Counted from the first letter of the stretch, positions 9,009 through 18,672 are shown. The stretch is DNA of 62,655 bases from a virus (IMGVR_UViG_3300023261_000003:1-62655), one strand, 5' to 3'. Notes: generated by a model not told the origin, from the letters alone. A program made the numbers and translations.

Positions 9009-10277
9009 TCAAAGCACGTAGCTGGCGGGTCGAATCAGGCTCAGGTCGGTCGTTTCGCCGGTGCCGCCCTTGAGGGTGCGCTCGGCGATCCAGAGGATCT
9101 CGTCCACGTCCTCGATGTCGTCCTTGACCTTTGCCAGGACGTTGATCGCGTACGTGACGCCAGCCTTGTCCTCGTGTCCCTCTAGGGTCGCGGTGTAGGT
9201 CAGGGTCTCGCGAATGCGGTCCGCCATCATGCGGCGCGCGCTGCGATTCAGCTGCTTTTCCGTCTTGGACTCGTCGTCCTTGTAGTAGACGGGGCAGTAC
9301 CAATCGAGCGGATCGCCGGTTTCAGTTTTCTTTTTGCGGGTGCCAACAGCTCGAGCAGCTTCAAGGATCCGGCGCGCTTCCGGGACGCGCCAGAGCGCGA
9401 GCTCCGAGTCATCGCCGACGATGCTGAGCGTCTTGAACTTCCCCTTGGCCTCGGTTCCTGCGGTCACCTGGCGCGCGCTCAGCGTGGCCAGGGTCGGGAT
9501 CCCGGAGTAGTCGCGCTTCGCCTTCCCGTCCTCGATGTTGCCCGGGCGCTGCAGGTCGAACTGCGGGCCTTTCGAGTAGTCGGGCGCGACGACCGCGATG
9601 GCCGAGCGCTTGCTGCCGGGCTGGACCGTGAACCCGCACCGCGCAGAGAGCCGGTTGGCCCACTCGTAGGCGCCCTCGTTCTCGTTCGGCTTGGCGTCCG
9701 CGACTGTCTCGGTGGTCGGGGTCCGGACCTCGAGCTCCAGGCCCGTGAGCGCGAGGACGAAGGCCGGGGCACTGAGTGTGCTGGCTTGGGGCGAGAGCCC
9801 GAAAAGCTCCCGGGAGGCGGTCGGGATGGTCTCGCTCGTGTAGGTCGGCGTCCCCATCTTGGCGGCGCGCACTGCGTTCAGGTCGCCCTCGATGGTCGTG
9901 ATGCCGAAGACCCGGAGCCCTTCCAGGAGGGCCGTCTCCAGATTCATCGCGTTCGTGATGCGGACGGCCTTGTCGATGTTCGGATCGATGAGCCGTGCCA
10001 TGTAGTCACGGCCCGTGAGCTTTAGCGCAGCCGACCCGCCGCCCGCCCCCTCCGTGGTGTCGATCTGTCCGATGAGCTGCAGGCGGTCGCCAAGGTAGAG
10101 CTTGACGTTGGTTCGAGGCTGGAACTTCCGACGAAGGGCGATCGGATCCTCCGAGTAGACGGTGGCCTCCCAGCCGTCGGCCGGGGTGAAGAACGACTCC
10201 GAGATCGAGTACTCGGTGACCTTGTCCCAGACCTCGCCGCTCGATTCGATCTCGATGCGGAGGCGGCTCTGGGTCAC
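9009..10277 (-). CDS. baseplate hub (Mu gpP/gp44-like)
   Basis: 'YSISESFFTPADGW', 'LIGQID', 'LTGRD...L.D', 'EGAYEWANRL' motifs. Confidence 0.85.
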   Translation of the reverse strand: MTQSRLRIEIESSGEVWDKVTEYSISESFFTPADGWEATVYSEDPIALRRKFQPRTNVKLYLGDRLQLIGQIDTTEGAGGGSAALKLTGRDYMARLIDPNIDKAVRITNAMNLETALLEGLRVFGITTIEGDLNAVRAAKMGTPTYTSETIPTASRELFGLSPQASTLSAPAFVLALTGLELEVRTPTTETVADAKPNENEGAYEWANRLSARCGFTVQPGSKRSAIAVVAPDYSKGPQFDLQRPGNIEDGKAKRDYSGIPTLATLSARQVTAGTEAKGKFKTLSIVGDDSELALWRVPEARRILEAARAVGTRKKKTETGDPLDWYCPVYYKDDESKTEKQLNRSARRMMADRIRETLTYTATLEGHEDKAGVTYAINVLAKVKDDIEDVDEILWIAERTLKGGTGETTDLSLIRPASYVL

Positions 10278-11206
10278 AGGTTCCTCTGCGGGAGGTTCAC
10301 GCTGGAGCCAGCCGGGATCGTCTGCCTGTCCACGAGCCAGGGGTTCATGGCCAGGAGGGTCTCGACCGGAACTTGCTTCGAAGTCGCGAAGGCGAGGCGG
10401 CCGATCTCTGCCGGGACGCGCACCTTCCGGAAGGGCCGGTCAGACTCAACCGCCACCAGGTTCCTGCCGGCCGATGCCATGCGGGTCAGGTCTCGGCGGA
10501 GCGGCTCGAGCTCCGGGTCAACGGTCTGCTCGAGCTCCTTGCGGGCCTGCTCCACTTGGTAGGTGGCGCCGGCGATCTCGGCCCGCGTTCGGTCCTTGTA
10601 TTGCTGAACGCTGCCAAGAACAGCGCGGCCTGCCTGCAGGATGGTGAGCTCACCGCGCGTGCTGTCCTGGTTCCAGGCAGCGATCTCTTTCCGCTGCTCG
10701 TCGGTCAGGTCGTTGACGGCGGCGCCGAAGACAACGGCCGACGCCTGCAGGCCCTGGAGCGACTTCGCCGTCTGGACGAACTGCGAAGGCAGCGTGTCCT
10801 CGGTGTCTTCTGGGGCGAAGATGAAGTCGGCCGAGACCTCGACGCCGTCCTGCCTGGCGCCAGAGAGCGTCTCCGAGAGGCTGGCGAGCTTGGCCCTGAT
10901 GGTACCGTGGACCGGGTCGACGAGCTCGCCGGCGGAGCGATCGAGGCAGGCCGCGAAGAACAGCGGGTAGACGACCGTGAAGAGGTTCACGAAGCCGTGC
11001 TGGCGAACTCCCTCGAAGAATCCGCAGCGGAAGCGGAACGTGGGGTTCTGGCGACCGAGGCTCTCGATGAGCTGCTGATCGCGGAAGATGAACCGGTGCT
11101 GCGCCTGGTCCTGCAGGAAGCCCACTTCCCGCTCGCTGAACGGGAACTTGATGCCGCGCCAAGAGGAGTCGGCTAGCTGCTGGAGGATTGTGGGGGCGGC
11201 GGGCAT
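10274..11206 (-). CDS. Mu gpN-like DNA circularisation / tube initiator protein with C-terminal LysM-like domain
   Basis: 'LADSSWRGIKF...ESLGR...GELVDPVHG' N-domain; 'LLAMNPWL...IPAGSSVNLP' LysM-like end; start re-called at ATG 11206. Confidence 0.85.
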   Translation of the reverse strand: MPAAPTILQQLADSSWRGIKFPFSEREVGFLQDQAQHRFIFRDQQLIESLGRQNPTFRFRCGFFEGVRQHGFVNLFTVVYPLFFAACLDRSAGELVDPVHGTIRAKLASLSETLSGARQDGVEVSADFIFAPEDTEDTLPSQFVQTAKSLQGLQASAVVFGAAVNDLTDEQRKEIAAWNQDSTRGELTILQAGRAVLGSVQQYKDRTRAEIAGATYQVEQARKELEQTVDPELEPLRRDLTRMASAGRNLVAVESDRPFRKVRVPAEIGRLAFATSKQVPVETLLAMNPWLVDRQTIPAGSSVNLPQRNL

Positions 11207-11211
11207 GTGCG

Positions 11212-11240
11212 TTGACTGGCGGAGTCGCCGGGTCGACCAT
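11212..11240 (+). promoter_or_regulatory. sigma70-type promoter of second lipoprotein moron, probably leaderless
   Basis: TTGACT-N17-GACCAT, 5 nt before ATG 11246; no SD. Confidence 0.55.
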
Positions 11241-11245
11241 CTGGC

Positions 11246-11581
11246 ATGCGCCGTTCTGTCGCTCCGCTGTTGCTTGTGTTCGTTGGTTGCGAGGACCCCG
11301 GCAACCAGCCCGAGGCGCGGGCCGTGGCGGCTCAACCGACGCTCGCGGTCCCTTCTCAGGATTCTGAACGAGTCCGGTTCGCTGCGACCAAGACCGCGCT
11401 GCGAGCCGCGCCGCCCAAGTCCGGGGCCGAACTGCTTCAGCGCCTCGGCGAGCCGAATTCGACGATGACCACACCCACCGGGACCAACCTGATGTGGTAC
11501 TTCGAAACGGCCGACGTGGGGCGGGATGTCATTCTCGCCGTCATTGGGCCGGGTGACGCCATTGTGGTGCTCAACTACTAG
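11246..11581 (+). CDS. moron lipoprotein (SmpA/OmlA-BLIP-like)
   Basis: MRR + hydrophobic stretch + VFVG-C lipobox; 'ELLQRLGEP...WYF' motif; antisense insertion in the tail operon. Confidence 0.7.
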   Translation: MRRSVAPLLLVFVGCEDPGNQPEARAVAAQPTLAVPSQDSERVRFAATKTALRAAPPKSGAELLQRLGEPNSTMTTPTGTNLMWYFETADVGRDVILAVIGPGDAIVVLNY

Positions 11582-13803
11582 CGCTTGTTGATCGGGTCGC
11601 TGCGCGGGCTCGGTCCAGTCGCGTTGCTCTGGATCTTGCCGGCGGCCTCGCTCATGTTCTGCGCGGCCTTCTTTTGCTCCTCGGCAGCGCCGAATAGAGC
11701 CTTGATGGCGGCGATGAGATTGGGGTTCTGACTGGGACCGGAGTTCGCCGCGATGCCTTGGAAGTCGCTCCCGATGCCCACCTTGGCGCCGCCTTCCTGC
11801 GAGTAGGCGCCGCGCTCCCTGGCGAGCTGCATGGTGGCGTACTCGCCGGCACCAGCCAGACCCACGGCGCCCAAGGCAACCCCGCCGCCGGCCGCTAGTG
11901 CGGCGCCTGTGCTCGCCACGGCGTTGCTGGCGGCCCCTGCGATGCGCGCCAGGACTGGTGCCTTGGTCACGGCCGCCCCGGCCCCGCCAGCGGCCGCTGA
12001 GGTCGCGAGGCCACCCGCTGCCGTGGCAGCCGCGGTCCTTGCGGCTCCTGCTGCCGCAACGCCTGCTGCAACCTGGCCAATAGCCCCGCGGAACAGAGCA
12101 GCGAACCCGACGGCCGCCAGCTCCTTGACCATGAAGGCACCGACCACGAGGGCCATGCCCGAGAAGGGATTCTCCGCGAGCCACTTGCCGGCGTCGATCG
12201 CAGCGCTCGTCAGCTTGACGATCTCCGGCGTGAGGAGCGCGATGGTCGGAATGAGCTTGGTCAGCTCCGGCAGGAGCTTGTCGCCCAGTTCCTTGTTGAA
12301 GTCGTTCATGGCGGACCGGAACTGGCGGTCTCCGCCTTGGTTGACGAAGCCGTAGCTCTCGCCCACCTCTTCCTCGCTCATGGTCTGGCTGCGGAAGTTC
12401 GAGAAAACGCCTTTCACGGCAGCCGCTCCGGCCCTACCGCCGCCGGCTCGCTTCCACTCCTCGAGGAGGGGGAGAACGGCAGCCATCGACTGATTGCCGA
12501 AGATGTTGCCTTCGCCAAAAAGCTCCGTCTGCTTACCCTTCGTCTTCTCGAAGATGGCGGGCAGAATGTCCTCGATCCGCTTGAACTGGCCGGACTTGTC
12601 GTAGAGGTCGCTCGACTTCAAGCCGGCACGCTTCTGGGCCTTCATGAGGTCGTTTGGCAGGTTCTTGACGGCCGTGGCGGCATCCTCTGCCGAGGTCGAG
12701 CCGCCCTTGATGGCCTGCTGCACCAGGGTCGACATGTCGGCGATGTTGGAGGCGCGGTCCCCGGAGAAGCGGCTTGCCGAGCCGATGAGCTTGGCGCCCT
12801 GGCTGGCCACGTCCGAGACTTCGACGGAGCCAAACTTGCCGTGGCCTGCGAAGGTGCGCGCGAGCCCCATGGCCTGCTCGACCGCGGCGTCCGTCGAGAT
12901 GCCGGGGCTTGCCCGCATGATCGACTCGATGGCAGACCCGAAGGTCGAGGCCATTGCTTCCAGATTGGTGCCGGTCGCTACCGCCAGGCGCTCGACGCCC
13001 TCGATGCCCTTGGAGGCGGCATCGTAGTTGCCTGTCTTGGCCAGGATGGCCTGCATCGACGCGGCGATCTCGGCCGGGTCGCTGCCGCGCGCCGCGATGG
13101 TATCCACGCGCCCCTTCGTGTCGGCGTAGAGTTCTTCCCGGGACTTGGCCCCGCCTGGCGTGAAGCCGGCATTGGCGACGGACCGCAGCGAAGAGTCCAG
13201 ATCCATGCGCTGCGCGACGGCGTTGCCGAGCGCGAAGGTGCCGCCGACCGCCGCGAGCCCGGCGCCCATGCGGGCTGCCCCGAGACCGAAGCGCGCCGCG
13301 CCGCCTACGCCGCGAGCGACGCCCTTGCCGTAGCTCTCCATGGTGCGGCGACGGAGCGCCGTTTCCCTGGACACCGCTCGCTCCGAGACGCGGGTCGCCT
13401 TGGCTTCCGCCCGTTGCCGGATCGCTAGGTGCTTGGCTTCGGTCTTCTCGGTCTCGCGGAGCTTCTTGGCATCGGCTCGACGTTGCTCGGCGAGCTGCCG
13501 ATTCTCAGCCGTCCGCTGGTCGCGCTCGACCTGCTGGAAGTGTCGGTTGCGGACCGCCTGCAGGAACTTGGCGTTCCGTTGAGCCAGCGCCTTGGCCCGG
13601 GTCTCCTCGCGGGCGTTGGCCTTCGCGGCCGCGCCGTCGTTCTTGCGATGGACGGAGTCGCGGATGCGGATCCGCTCGGTGCCGACGCGCCCTTCCCGAG
13701 CGGTGTCACGGCGAGCGTTGCGCTCGAGCGTCTGCTCGATGGTACGCTGGTCCCGCAGGAAGCGGTCTAGGCCCGTCGTTTGGATTTGGTATTCGAGGAG
13801 CAA
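11578..13803 (-). CDS. tape measure protein
   Basis: 741 aa, Ala/Gly-rich helical, 'GKFGSVEVSDVA...AATAVKN' TMP core; downstream of the chaperone; TTG start uncertain. Confidence 0.9.
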   Translation of the reverse strand: MLLEYQIQTTGLDRFLRDQRTIEQTLERNARRDTAREGRVGTERIRIRDSVHRKNDGAAAKANAREETRAKALAQRNAKFLQAVRNRHFQQVERDQRTAENRQLAEQRRADAKKLRETEKTEAKHLAIRQRAEAKATRVSERAVSRETALRRRTMESYGKGVARGVGGAARFGLGAARMGAGLAAVGGTFALGNAVAQRMDLDSSLRSVANAGFTPGGAKSREELYADTKGRVDTIAARGSDPAEIAASMQAILAKTGNYDAASKGIEGVERLAVATGTNLEAMASTFGSAIESIMRASPGISTDAAVEQAMGLARTFAGHGKFGSVEVSDVASQGAKLIGSASRFSGDRASNIADMSTLVQQAIKGGSTSAEDAATAVKNLPNDLMKAQKRAGLKSSDLYDKSGQFKRIEDILPAIFEKTKGKQTELFGEGNIFGNQSMAAVLPLLEEWKRAGGGRAGAAAVKGVFSNFRSQTMSEEEVGESYGFVNQGGDRQFRSAMNDFNKELGDKLLPELTKLIPTIALLTPEIVKLTSAAIDAGKWLAENPFSGMALVVGAFMVKELAAVGFAALFRGAIGQVAAGVAAAGAARTAAATAAGGLATSAAAGGAGAAVTKAPVLARIAGAASNAVASTGAALAAGGGVALGAVGLAGAGEYATMQLARERGAYSQEGGAKVGIGSDFQGIAANSGPSQNPNLIAAIKALFGAAEEQKKAAQNMSEAAGKIQSNATGPSPRSDPINKR

Positions 13804-13809
13804 GGCGGC

Positions 13810-14568
13810 TCACTTCTTGGACTTTCGCTGCTCCCTGACGATCTCGCGCGCTTCCTCACGGTCGAGCACTTTCGGCTCTTTGCCGTTCGAATACTCGGCG
13901 GATCGCAACTCCGGCAGCTCGGAAGAGGATGTAGTGCCACTCGGCGAGCTCGACGGGTCGGATCCCGAGGAACTGTCCGAGTCGGATGGGGTCGGGGTCG
14001 TCTCCGGGCGCCAGGAACGGGCCAAACGGGCCAGGGAATAGATCAAGCGCGGCCATTCGTCGGAGGCCACACGCGACAAGATAAAAGGGCCGGACAGCTC
14101 CCCTGCAAGCGTGTCCACCATCCTTTCCACACCTTCGTCGGTGAGGTCCGTGAAGCCGAAGTGCGCCCGAGTGATCTCGTAGGCGTTGAGCATCTGGGCC
14201 ATCTCCTCGGTGTCGAGGGACTGGCGGAGCTGCTCGGAACTCACGAACAGAGGAAGGTCGAGCTTGGAGCCGTCGCCAGCCTGGTGCTGGTCAACGTGCA
14301 GGAGCGCGAGGCGCAGCGTCTCGACCGCCTGCGCTTCCTTGTAGAGGTCCGAGAAGCCTTCCTTTTCGTGCTTCTTGGCGTAGCTCTGTGCGGCCTCCAG
14401 GGCCTGGTCTGCCTGCGCCTTACGCAGCAAACGGCAGCGAAACGGGTACACCGTCTCACTGCCGTCAGCCTCCTTGCGCAGGAGCTCGAATTCCAGGCTG
14501 GGCGCCAGATCCATGAGGCTCCGAACGAGACTCTTGGGTCCTGGCTTTGCTGAAATGGTTTCGTTCAC
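13810..14568 (-). CDS. tail assembly chaperone (G-like), with probable -1 frameshift product ending at 13856
   Basis: Between tube and TMP; GTG with GGAGAAG SD; slippery C CCT TTT at 14089-14083. Confidence 0.75.
   Translation of the reverse strand: MNETISAKPGPKSLVRSLMDLAPSLEFELLRKEADGSETVYPFRCRLLRKAQADQALEAAQSYAKKHEKEGFSDLYKEAQAVETLRLALLHVDQHQAGDGSKLDLPLFVSSEQLRQSLDTEEMAQMLNAYEITRAHFGFTDLTDEGVERMVDTLAGELSGPFILSRVASDEWPRLIYSLARLARSWRPETTPTPSDSDSSSGSDPSSSPSGTTSSSELPELRSAEYSNGKEPKVLDREEAREIVREQRKSKK
14083..14089 (-). other. candidate -1 ribosomal frameshift heptamer CCCTTTT
   Basis: X XXY YYZ in the correct phase; -1 frame is open to 13856 and encodes 'LGQFLGIRPVELAEWHYILFRAA'. Confidence 0.65.
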
Positions 14569-14686
14569 GCACTTCTCCCGTTCGTCAGGCGCACCGTCCA
14601 TCACAGGCGCCGAGTAGTCGCACCGCTTTAGAGAACCGTCGGGACGGGACAAGCTCTCAGGGTGGGTGCGCACCCGATGGTCTCGC

Positions 14687-15058
14687 CTACTTCATCTCGT
14701 TGTAGGTGCCCATGTACGTACCACCGGACTCGGTCGCGGCATTGACGCCCGAGCTGATGTTGGCGCCGGTGAACTCACCTTCGCTGACGACCGTCTTGCC
14801 GCCGATGGGCACCTGGATCGTGTACTGCTCGTTGCCGCGCGCCGCGTCGAACATGTTGAACTCGAAGCCCGGCGCAGGCACTGCGTACTTGAATTCGATG
14901 GTCAGCTCCGGGGCGCCCTGGCTGAACCCCGCAAGGCCGTCCTTGTTGTAGACGGGCAGCTTTTTGGGGTCACCGGTGACCGTCACCTCCTGGAGCTCGA
15001 CCTGGATGACCCCGTTGATGAGGCAGGGGAGAGTGGGCAGATAGCGCTTGGTTGCCAT
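14687..15058 (-). CDS. tail tube protein
   Basis: 123 aa directly after the sheath; 'DGLAGFSQG' tube-like motif. Confidence 0.8.
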   Translation of the reverse strand: MATKRYLPTLPCLINGVIQVELQEVTVTGDPKKLPVYNKDGLAGFSQGAPELTIEFKYAVPAPGFEFNMFDAARGNEQYTIQVPIGGKTVVSEGEFTGANISSGVNAATESGGTYMGTYNEMK

Positions 15059-15070
15059 GCGTCAGTTCCT

Positions 15071-16603
15071 TCAGTTCGCGGTCGTCTCGCTGATGCGGAA
15101 CGTGGCCTGGTGGTGGAGGTCGATGGTTCGGCCGGCAGCGACGGTCTGGATGCGGCCGTTGTTCTCGGGATCGATGCGGCAATCTGCCCCCGCTTCCCAG
15201 GCCGCTTGGTCCTGGAGTCGTTCATCGAAGAACGGCTGCAGCTGCTGCAAGAACCAGCTCTTGAAGAGGAACGGTGTGACCTTGCGGCCCTTGAGCTTGC
15301 CGAGCGCCACCACGTCCACGGTCCCGTCGGGCAGGCGCGGGTCGTCCTGCTGGGCGAAGTTCCCGTAGGTCAACTGGTGATTCAGGCTGACCGTCGCGGC
15401 CACTTCGTCGAGCACCGAAACCCGGTGAGGCTCCGAGGCGCGGAAGTCCTCCAAGGCGCCGGTGGCATCCCGACAACGGGTCGTTACCCCCATGGCCAGG
15501 TAGGCGCCGGTGTCCGTGGAGACGATCGGCGAGATGCCGGCGTTGACCGCGTCGCCGAGGTCGCTCTCGTGGGTCGGCCAATCCGACACGTCCGGCGCGG
15601 GCTTGATGAAGCCGTTGGCCGAGTAGTTGTCGAAGTTGAACCGGCTCTGAACTTGCTCCTCGATCTGCTTGCTGGCCACGTACCAAGCCACCAGTTGCTG
15701 AGGCATCTGGCTTGCGCCGCGCTGCCACACGCATTCCAGGCGCTCGTAGTTGAGCCCGGTGGTGATGGTGGTCGTGGCGCCGAGGGTGCCGACGGCAGGG
15801 AAGAACCCGCGCGACCGTTTGCCGGACAGCGGCAGAGACCGGTTGGTGATGTGCGTCTTGAGCGCCGTGGAGAACGCGGCGACCGTTTGCGGGATGCCGT
15901 GGTAGTAGTCACTGGACGCCCCGACTGCAGCGAGGCAGGCCGAGAAGAGCGATGCTTCCGTGGTCGACCCATCGACGCCGCCAGCGAGGTATTCGGCGCT
16001 GACAGAGACGGTGACGCCCGTGCCGGAGTCGCCCTGCTTGACCACGCGGAGCATGTAGATCCCGTTTTGGGACGCGCCCACAGCCTTTGCCGTGACGGCG
16101 TTGGTGCCCGCGGTGTTGGCCGAAGTCCCCGGGAGGTGCGTGCGCGCGTTGATGAGTCCTTCCAGGACCTCACCCATGACGGTCGGCGTGTCTCCGGAGA
16201 CGTAGCCAACCTCGAACAGCTCGCCGAACCCCTCGACAATGAACGAGCCGGTTCCGCTGGCGGTGCCGGCGACCACTACATCGGCAGTCGCCGCGACCGG
16301 GGATCCGCCAGAGCTGGCCAAGTGGCAGGCCATGAAGATCTTGCCACCCGGATTCTTGGCAATGTGGGTCCGAGCGATGATGTGCAGGTCGGAGCCGGGG
16401 CCGAAAAGAGTGACCGCCGCGTCCTCGCTGGTCACCGGGTAGCGGGTGTTGACCGTCGCGCTGCCCGCGCTGGTCTTCTTGCCCACGTAGATGGCGGAAC
16501 GGGGGCCAACGGCGGCGCTGCTCGCGCCGAGTCCGAAGACGAGTTGAAACGCCGTCAGGGGCGCGCGGTAGTTGCTGGGGATCCCGGTTACTACGTAGGT
16601 CAC
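15071..16603 (-). CDS. contractile tail sheath protein (Mu gpL-like)
   Basis: 'IPSNYRAP', 'AVTLFGPGSDLH', 'VTAKAVGASQN', 'AVNAGISPI...VTT' sheath motifs. Confidence 0.92.
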   Translation of the reverse strand: MTYVVTGIPSNYRAPLTAFQLVFGLGASSAAVGPRSAIYVGKKTSAGSATVNTRYPVTSEDAAVTLFGPGSDLHIIARTHIAKNPGGKIFMACHLASSGGSPVAATADVVVAGTASGTGSFIVEGFGELFEVGYVSGDTPTVMGEVLEGLINARTHLPGTSANTAGTNAVTAKAVGASQNGIYMLRVVKQGDSGTGVTVSVSAEYLAGGVDGSTTEASLFSACLAAVGASSDYYHGIPQTVAAFSTALKTHITNRSLPLSGKRSRGFFPAVGTLGATTTITTGLNYERLECVWQRGASQMPQQLVAWYVASKQIEEQVQSRFNFDNYSANGFIKPAPDVSDWPTHESDLGDAVNAGISPIVSTDTGAYLAMGVTTRCRDATGALEDFRASEPHRVSVLDEVAATVSLNHQLTYGNFAQQDDPRLPDGTVDVVALGKLKGRKVTPFLFKSWFLQQLQPFFDERLQDQAAWEAGADCRIDPENNGRIQTVAAGRTIDLHHQATFRISETTAN

Positions 16604-16956
16604 TTGTCACCGTCCTTGGGGGCAGATTTGTGGGTGCGCGGCTCGGGTTTGTCGGCGGTCTCCTGGAACTCGCCATCGACCAGCGAGACTTTGACCAGCG
16701 GCAGATCCAGCGCTTTGGCCGTGTCCGCGTCCGCGGGGTAGAACGGGCTCTCACGCTCGATCAGAACCAGGCGACGCACGTGCGCACCGGCAGCTGACTC
16801 AGAGTCGACGACGACCGGATCCGGAAGAGCCGAATGCAGGATGCCTTCGGGCGTGACCTTGTGTCGACGGCCGATGTAGCGAACCACCTGGCCAACCTTG
16901 TTTTGACCGGGCCAGGCCACCATGTGACCTGCTTTCGGATGAAGTCGCAGCTGCAT
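16600..16956 (-). CDS. small pre-sheath protein (Mu gp38-like position)
   Basis: Position and size; coupled to sheath start. Confidence 0.55.
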   Translation of the reverse strand: MQLRLHPKAGHMVAWPGQNKVGQVVRYIGRRHKVTPEGILHSALPDPVVVDSESAAGAHVRRLVLIERESPFYPADADTAKALDLPLVKVSLVDGEFQETADKPEPRTHKSAPKDGDK

Positions 16957-16977
16957 TGTTTTCCCTCGGAGTGGTGG

Positions 16978-17433
16978 TCAGAACCGACGCGCGATTGCGG
17001 TCAGTCGCTGGGTCAGATTGGTTCCGAGCACGCGATACGCAGCGTTGTGGGCTCGGTAGAGGAACTTGTACGGGCGGTTCCCAGGGTGCTGGACCTCGCG
17101 CTTGGAGACCCAGCCGCTACGGCCGCGGAACCGGAGAAGGCCGCCGTTCCTGCCCGCGATGCGGTGCGGGCGCGCGCCCCGGTCAATTGCGGACGCATAG
17201 GGCTTCAGGTTGCTCAGCTTGAGGAGCCTGCCACCCTTGGTGCGCACGACACGCGCCTTGGTGGCCCGTTGCAGAGCTCCGGTCCGAGGATGAAACTCTG
17301 GATGGTCCTGGACGTGCTGGATCGCGAAGCGCCCAGCGAAAGCCATGGCATCGTCGACCGCTCGAGCCGTCTCGGCGGTGAGGTGCTGATGGCCCCGCTT
17401 GACGCGAGCAATGCTCGCCATCGTGAGCCCCAT
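16978..17433 (-). CDS. neck/tail completion protein (HK97 gp10-like)
   Basis: 'RTGALQR', 'YASAIDRGARPH', 'VQHPGNRPYKFL' motifs. Confidence 0.8.
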   Translation of the reverse strand: MGLTMASIARVKRGHQHLTAETARAVDDAMAFAGRFAIQHVQDHPEFHPRTGALQRATKARVVRTKGGRLLKLSNLKPYASAIDRGARPHRIAGRNGGLLRFRGRSGWVSKREVQHPGNRPYKFLYRAHNAAYRVLGTNLTQRLTAIARRF

Positions 17434-17435
17434 CG

Positions 17436-18242
17436 TCAGTCCTCGGAAATGTCGCTTCGGAAGTCGCCGAGGCCGTCGGGGTCATCGTCATCGGGATCCC
17501 CAACGTCCATGTCGCCGGCGGCATCTCCTGTGATGTCGAAGTTGGCGCCGAGGTGGGGCGCCCATCCGAGATCCGGGTCGGCGGCTTCCCCGATTTCCGT
17601 GGTCTCCAAGGTCAGCCGGACACCGTGGTAGACCGGGCTGCCCTCGGCGAAGCTGGCCGCGCCTTTGGTCGAGCCGATGAGCTTCACCGACGAGAACCCA
17701 CAGCCAGGGACGGCCGTCGTGACGTCGTCGATCGTGACGTCCGAGCCGTCCCAGTAGAGGATCTGCTGGGGCTGCGTGCCACCGGGGGCCATCGCGTAGG
17801 CGGGATGCCCCCCGACGAGAATGACCTCTTGGACTAATAGCTCGATGGTCCGGAAGATGCCGCCGATCTGGCGGAGCTCAGCCGGGTCGAGCGGGCCGAG
17901 AATGTATTCGATGCACCACCGTTGCGTCGTGGCGTCGTGGCCGGCCGTGAAGGCCGCTGAAGACGATTCCTCGAGCGGGTAGACGAAGAGGGCCGGGAAG
18001 TCCGTCTTGATGGTCTGCAGGTAGTCCTGGGTGGGCTGCGCCTGCGCCGCATGGTTGACGACGTTGCGGCCCCAGAGGCTCGTCTGACCCGAAGCTGTCG
18101 CCCACGGCGTCCCGAGATCCGTCCGAATCGCGGCCGTGAACAGATCGAGCAGGATGCCCTGCGCGGGTAGCAGGACGTTGAACGAGGCAACCCCGGTAGT
18201 CACCGGGAAGGCCAGTGCTCCGACGCGTCTATTGAGCGACAT
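17436..18242 (-). CDS. putative tail terminator / neck protein
   Basis: Position in neck cluster; 'DFPALFVY' terminator-like motif. Confidence 0.55.
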   Translation of the reverse strand: MSLNRRVGALAFPVTTGVASFNVLLPAQGILLDLFTAAIRTDLGTPWATASGQTSLWGRNVVNHAAQAQPTQDYLQTIKTDFPALFVYPLEESSSAAFTAGHDATTQRWCIEYILGPLDPAELRQIGGIFRTIELLVQEVILVGGHPAYAMAPGGTQPQQILYWDGSDVTIDDVTTAVPGCGFSSVKLIGSTKGAASFAEGSPVYHGVRLTLETTEIGEAADPDLGWAPHLGANFDITGDAAGDMDVGDPDDDDPDGLGDFRSDISED

Positions 18243-18672
18243 TGCCGAACGGCTCCACGGTCAAGATCCAGTGGATCGCTCGGTCGAGCTTCGCCTTGGC
18301 GATGCGATAGCGCACCGTTCCGGTTGGCCCTTGGACTCGGACGTGGAGCGTCTGCTTGTCGAACAGGTCGACGCCGCGCAGGGCGTTGGCCGTGACGGCG
18401 TTGGTCGTGATGGGCCCAATCTCCAGCGAGCCCGAGGCGAGATTGGCCAGGGCCAAGCGCTCGTCATTCAACTGCCGGACTTTGGGCGGATACGCCCCGG
18501 CCGAGTCGCCCTCGAGCAACTCCAATTCGTCTGGGACGAAGTGCCCCTTGCCGACCTCGCCACCGGACCAGAGCCCGGTCACCAGGAAGACCCGGTGGGG
18601 ACGGAGGCCAAGCTGGCCGGGGATGCCGCGAATGCCGCGGGCTAGTGGCTTGAGGTCGTCGGCTAGGGACAT
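18229..18672 (-). CDS. putative head closure protein
   Basis: Start re-called at ATG 18672, coupled to the upstream stop; position after adaptor. Confidence 0.55.
   Translation of the reverse strand: MSLADDLKPLARGIRGIPGQLGLRPHRVFLVTGLWSGGEVGKGHFVPDELELLEGDSAGAYPPKVRQLNDERLALANLASGSLEIGPITTNAVTANALRGVDLFDKQTLHVRVQGPTGTVRYRIAKAKLDRAIHWILTVEPFGNVAQ

Noticed and set aside
13801-13812. Chaperone stop TGA is in frame with the tape measure ORF (possible read-through or recoding)
   Set aside because: A one-in-three coincidence; TGA is used as a normal coupled stop throughout the genome. A TTG start is the simpler reading.
6017-16603. Mu-like transposable phage or stand-alone contractile injection system
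   Set aside because: Tail genes are Mu-like, but there is no DDE transposase or MuB, and capsid, portal, terminase and integrase are all present.
14666-16741. 691-aa + strand ORF and many other long antisense or alternate-frame ORFs (e.g. 50272-51879, 56370-57719, 24590-25618)
   Set aside because: Shadow ORFs expected at about 70% GC; they lie opposite well-supported genes and show no motifs.
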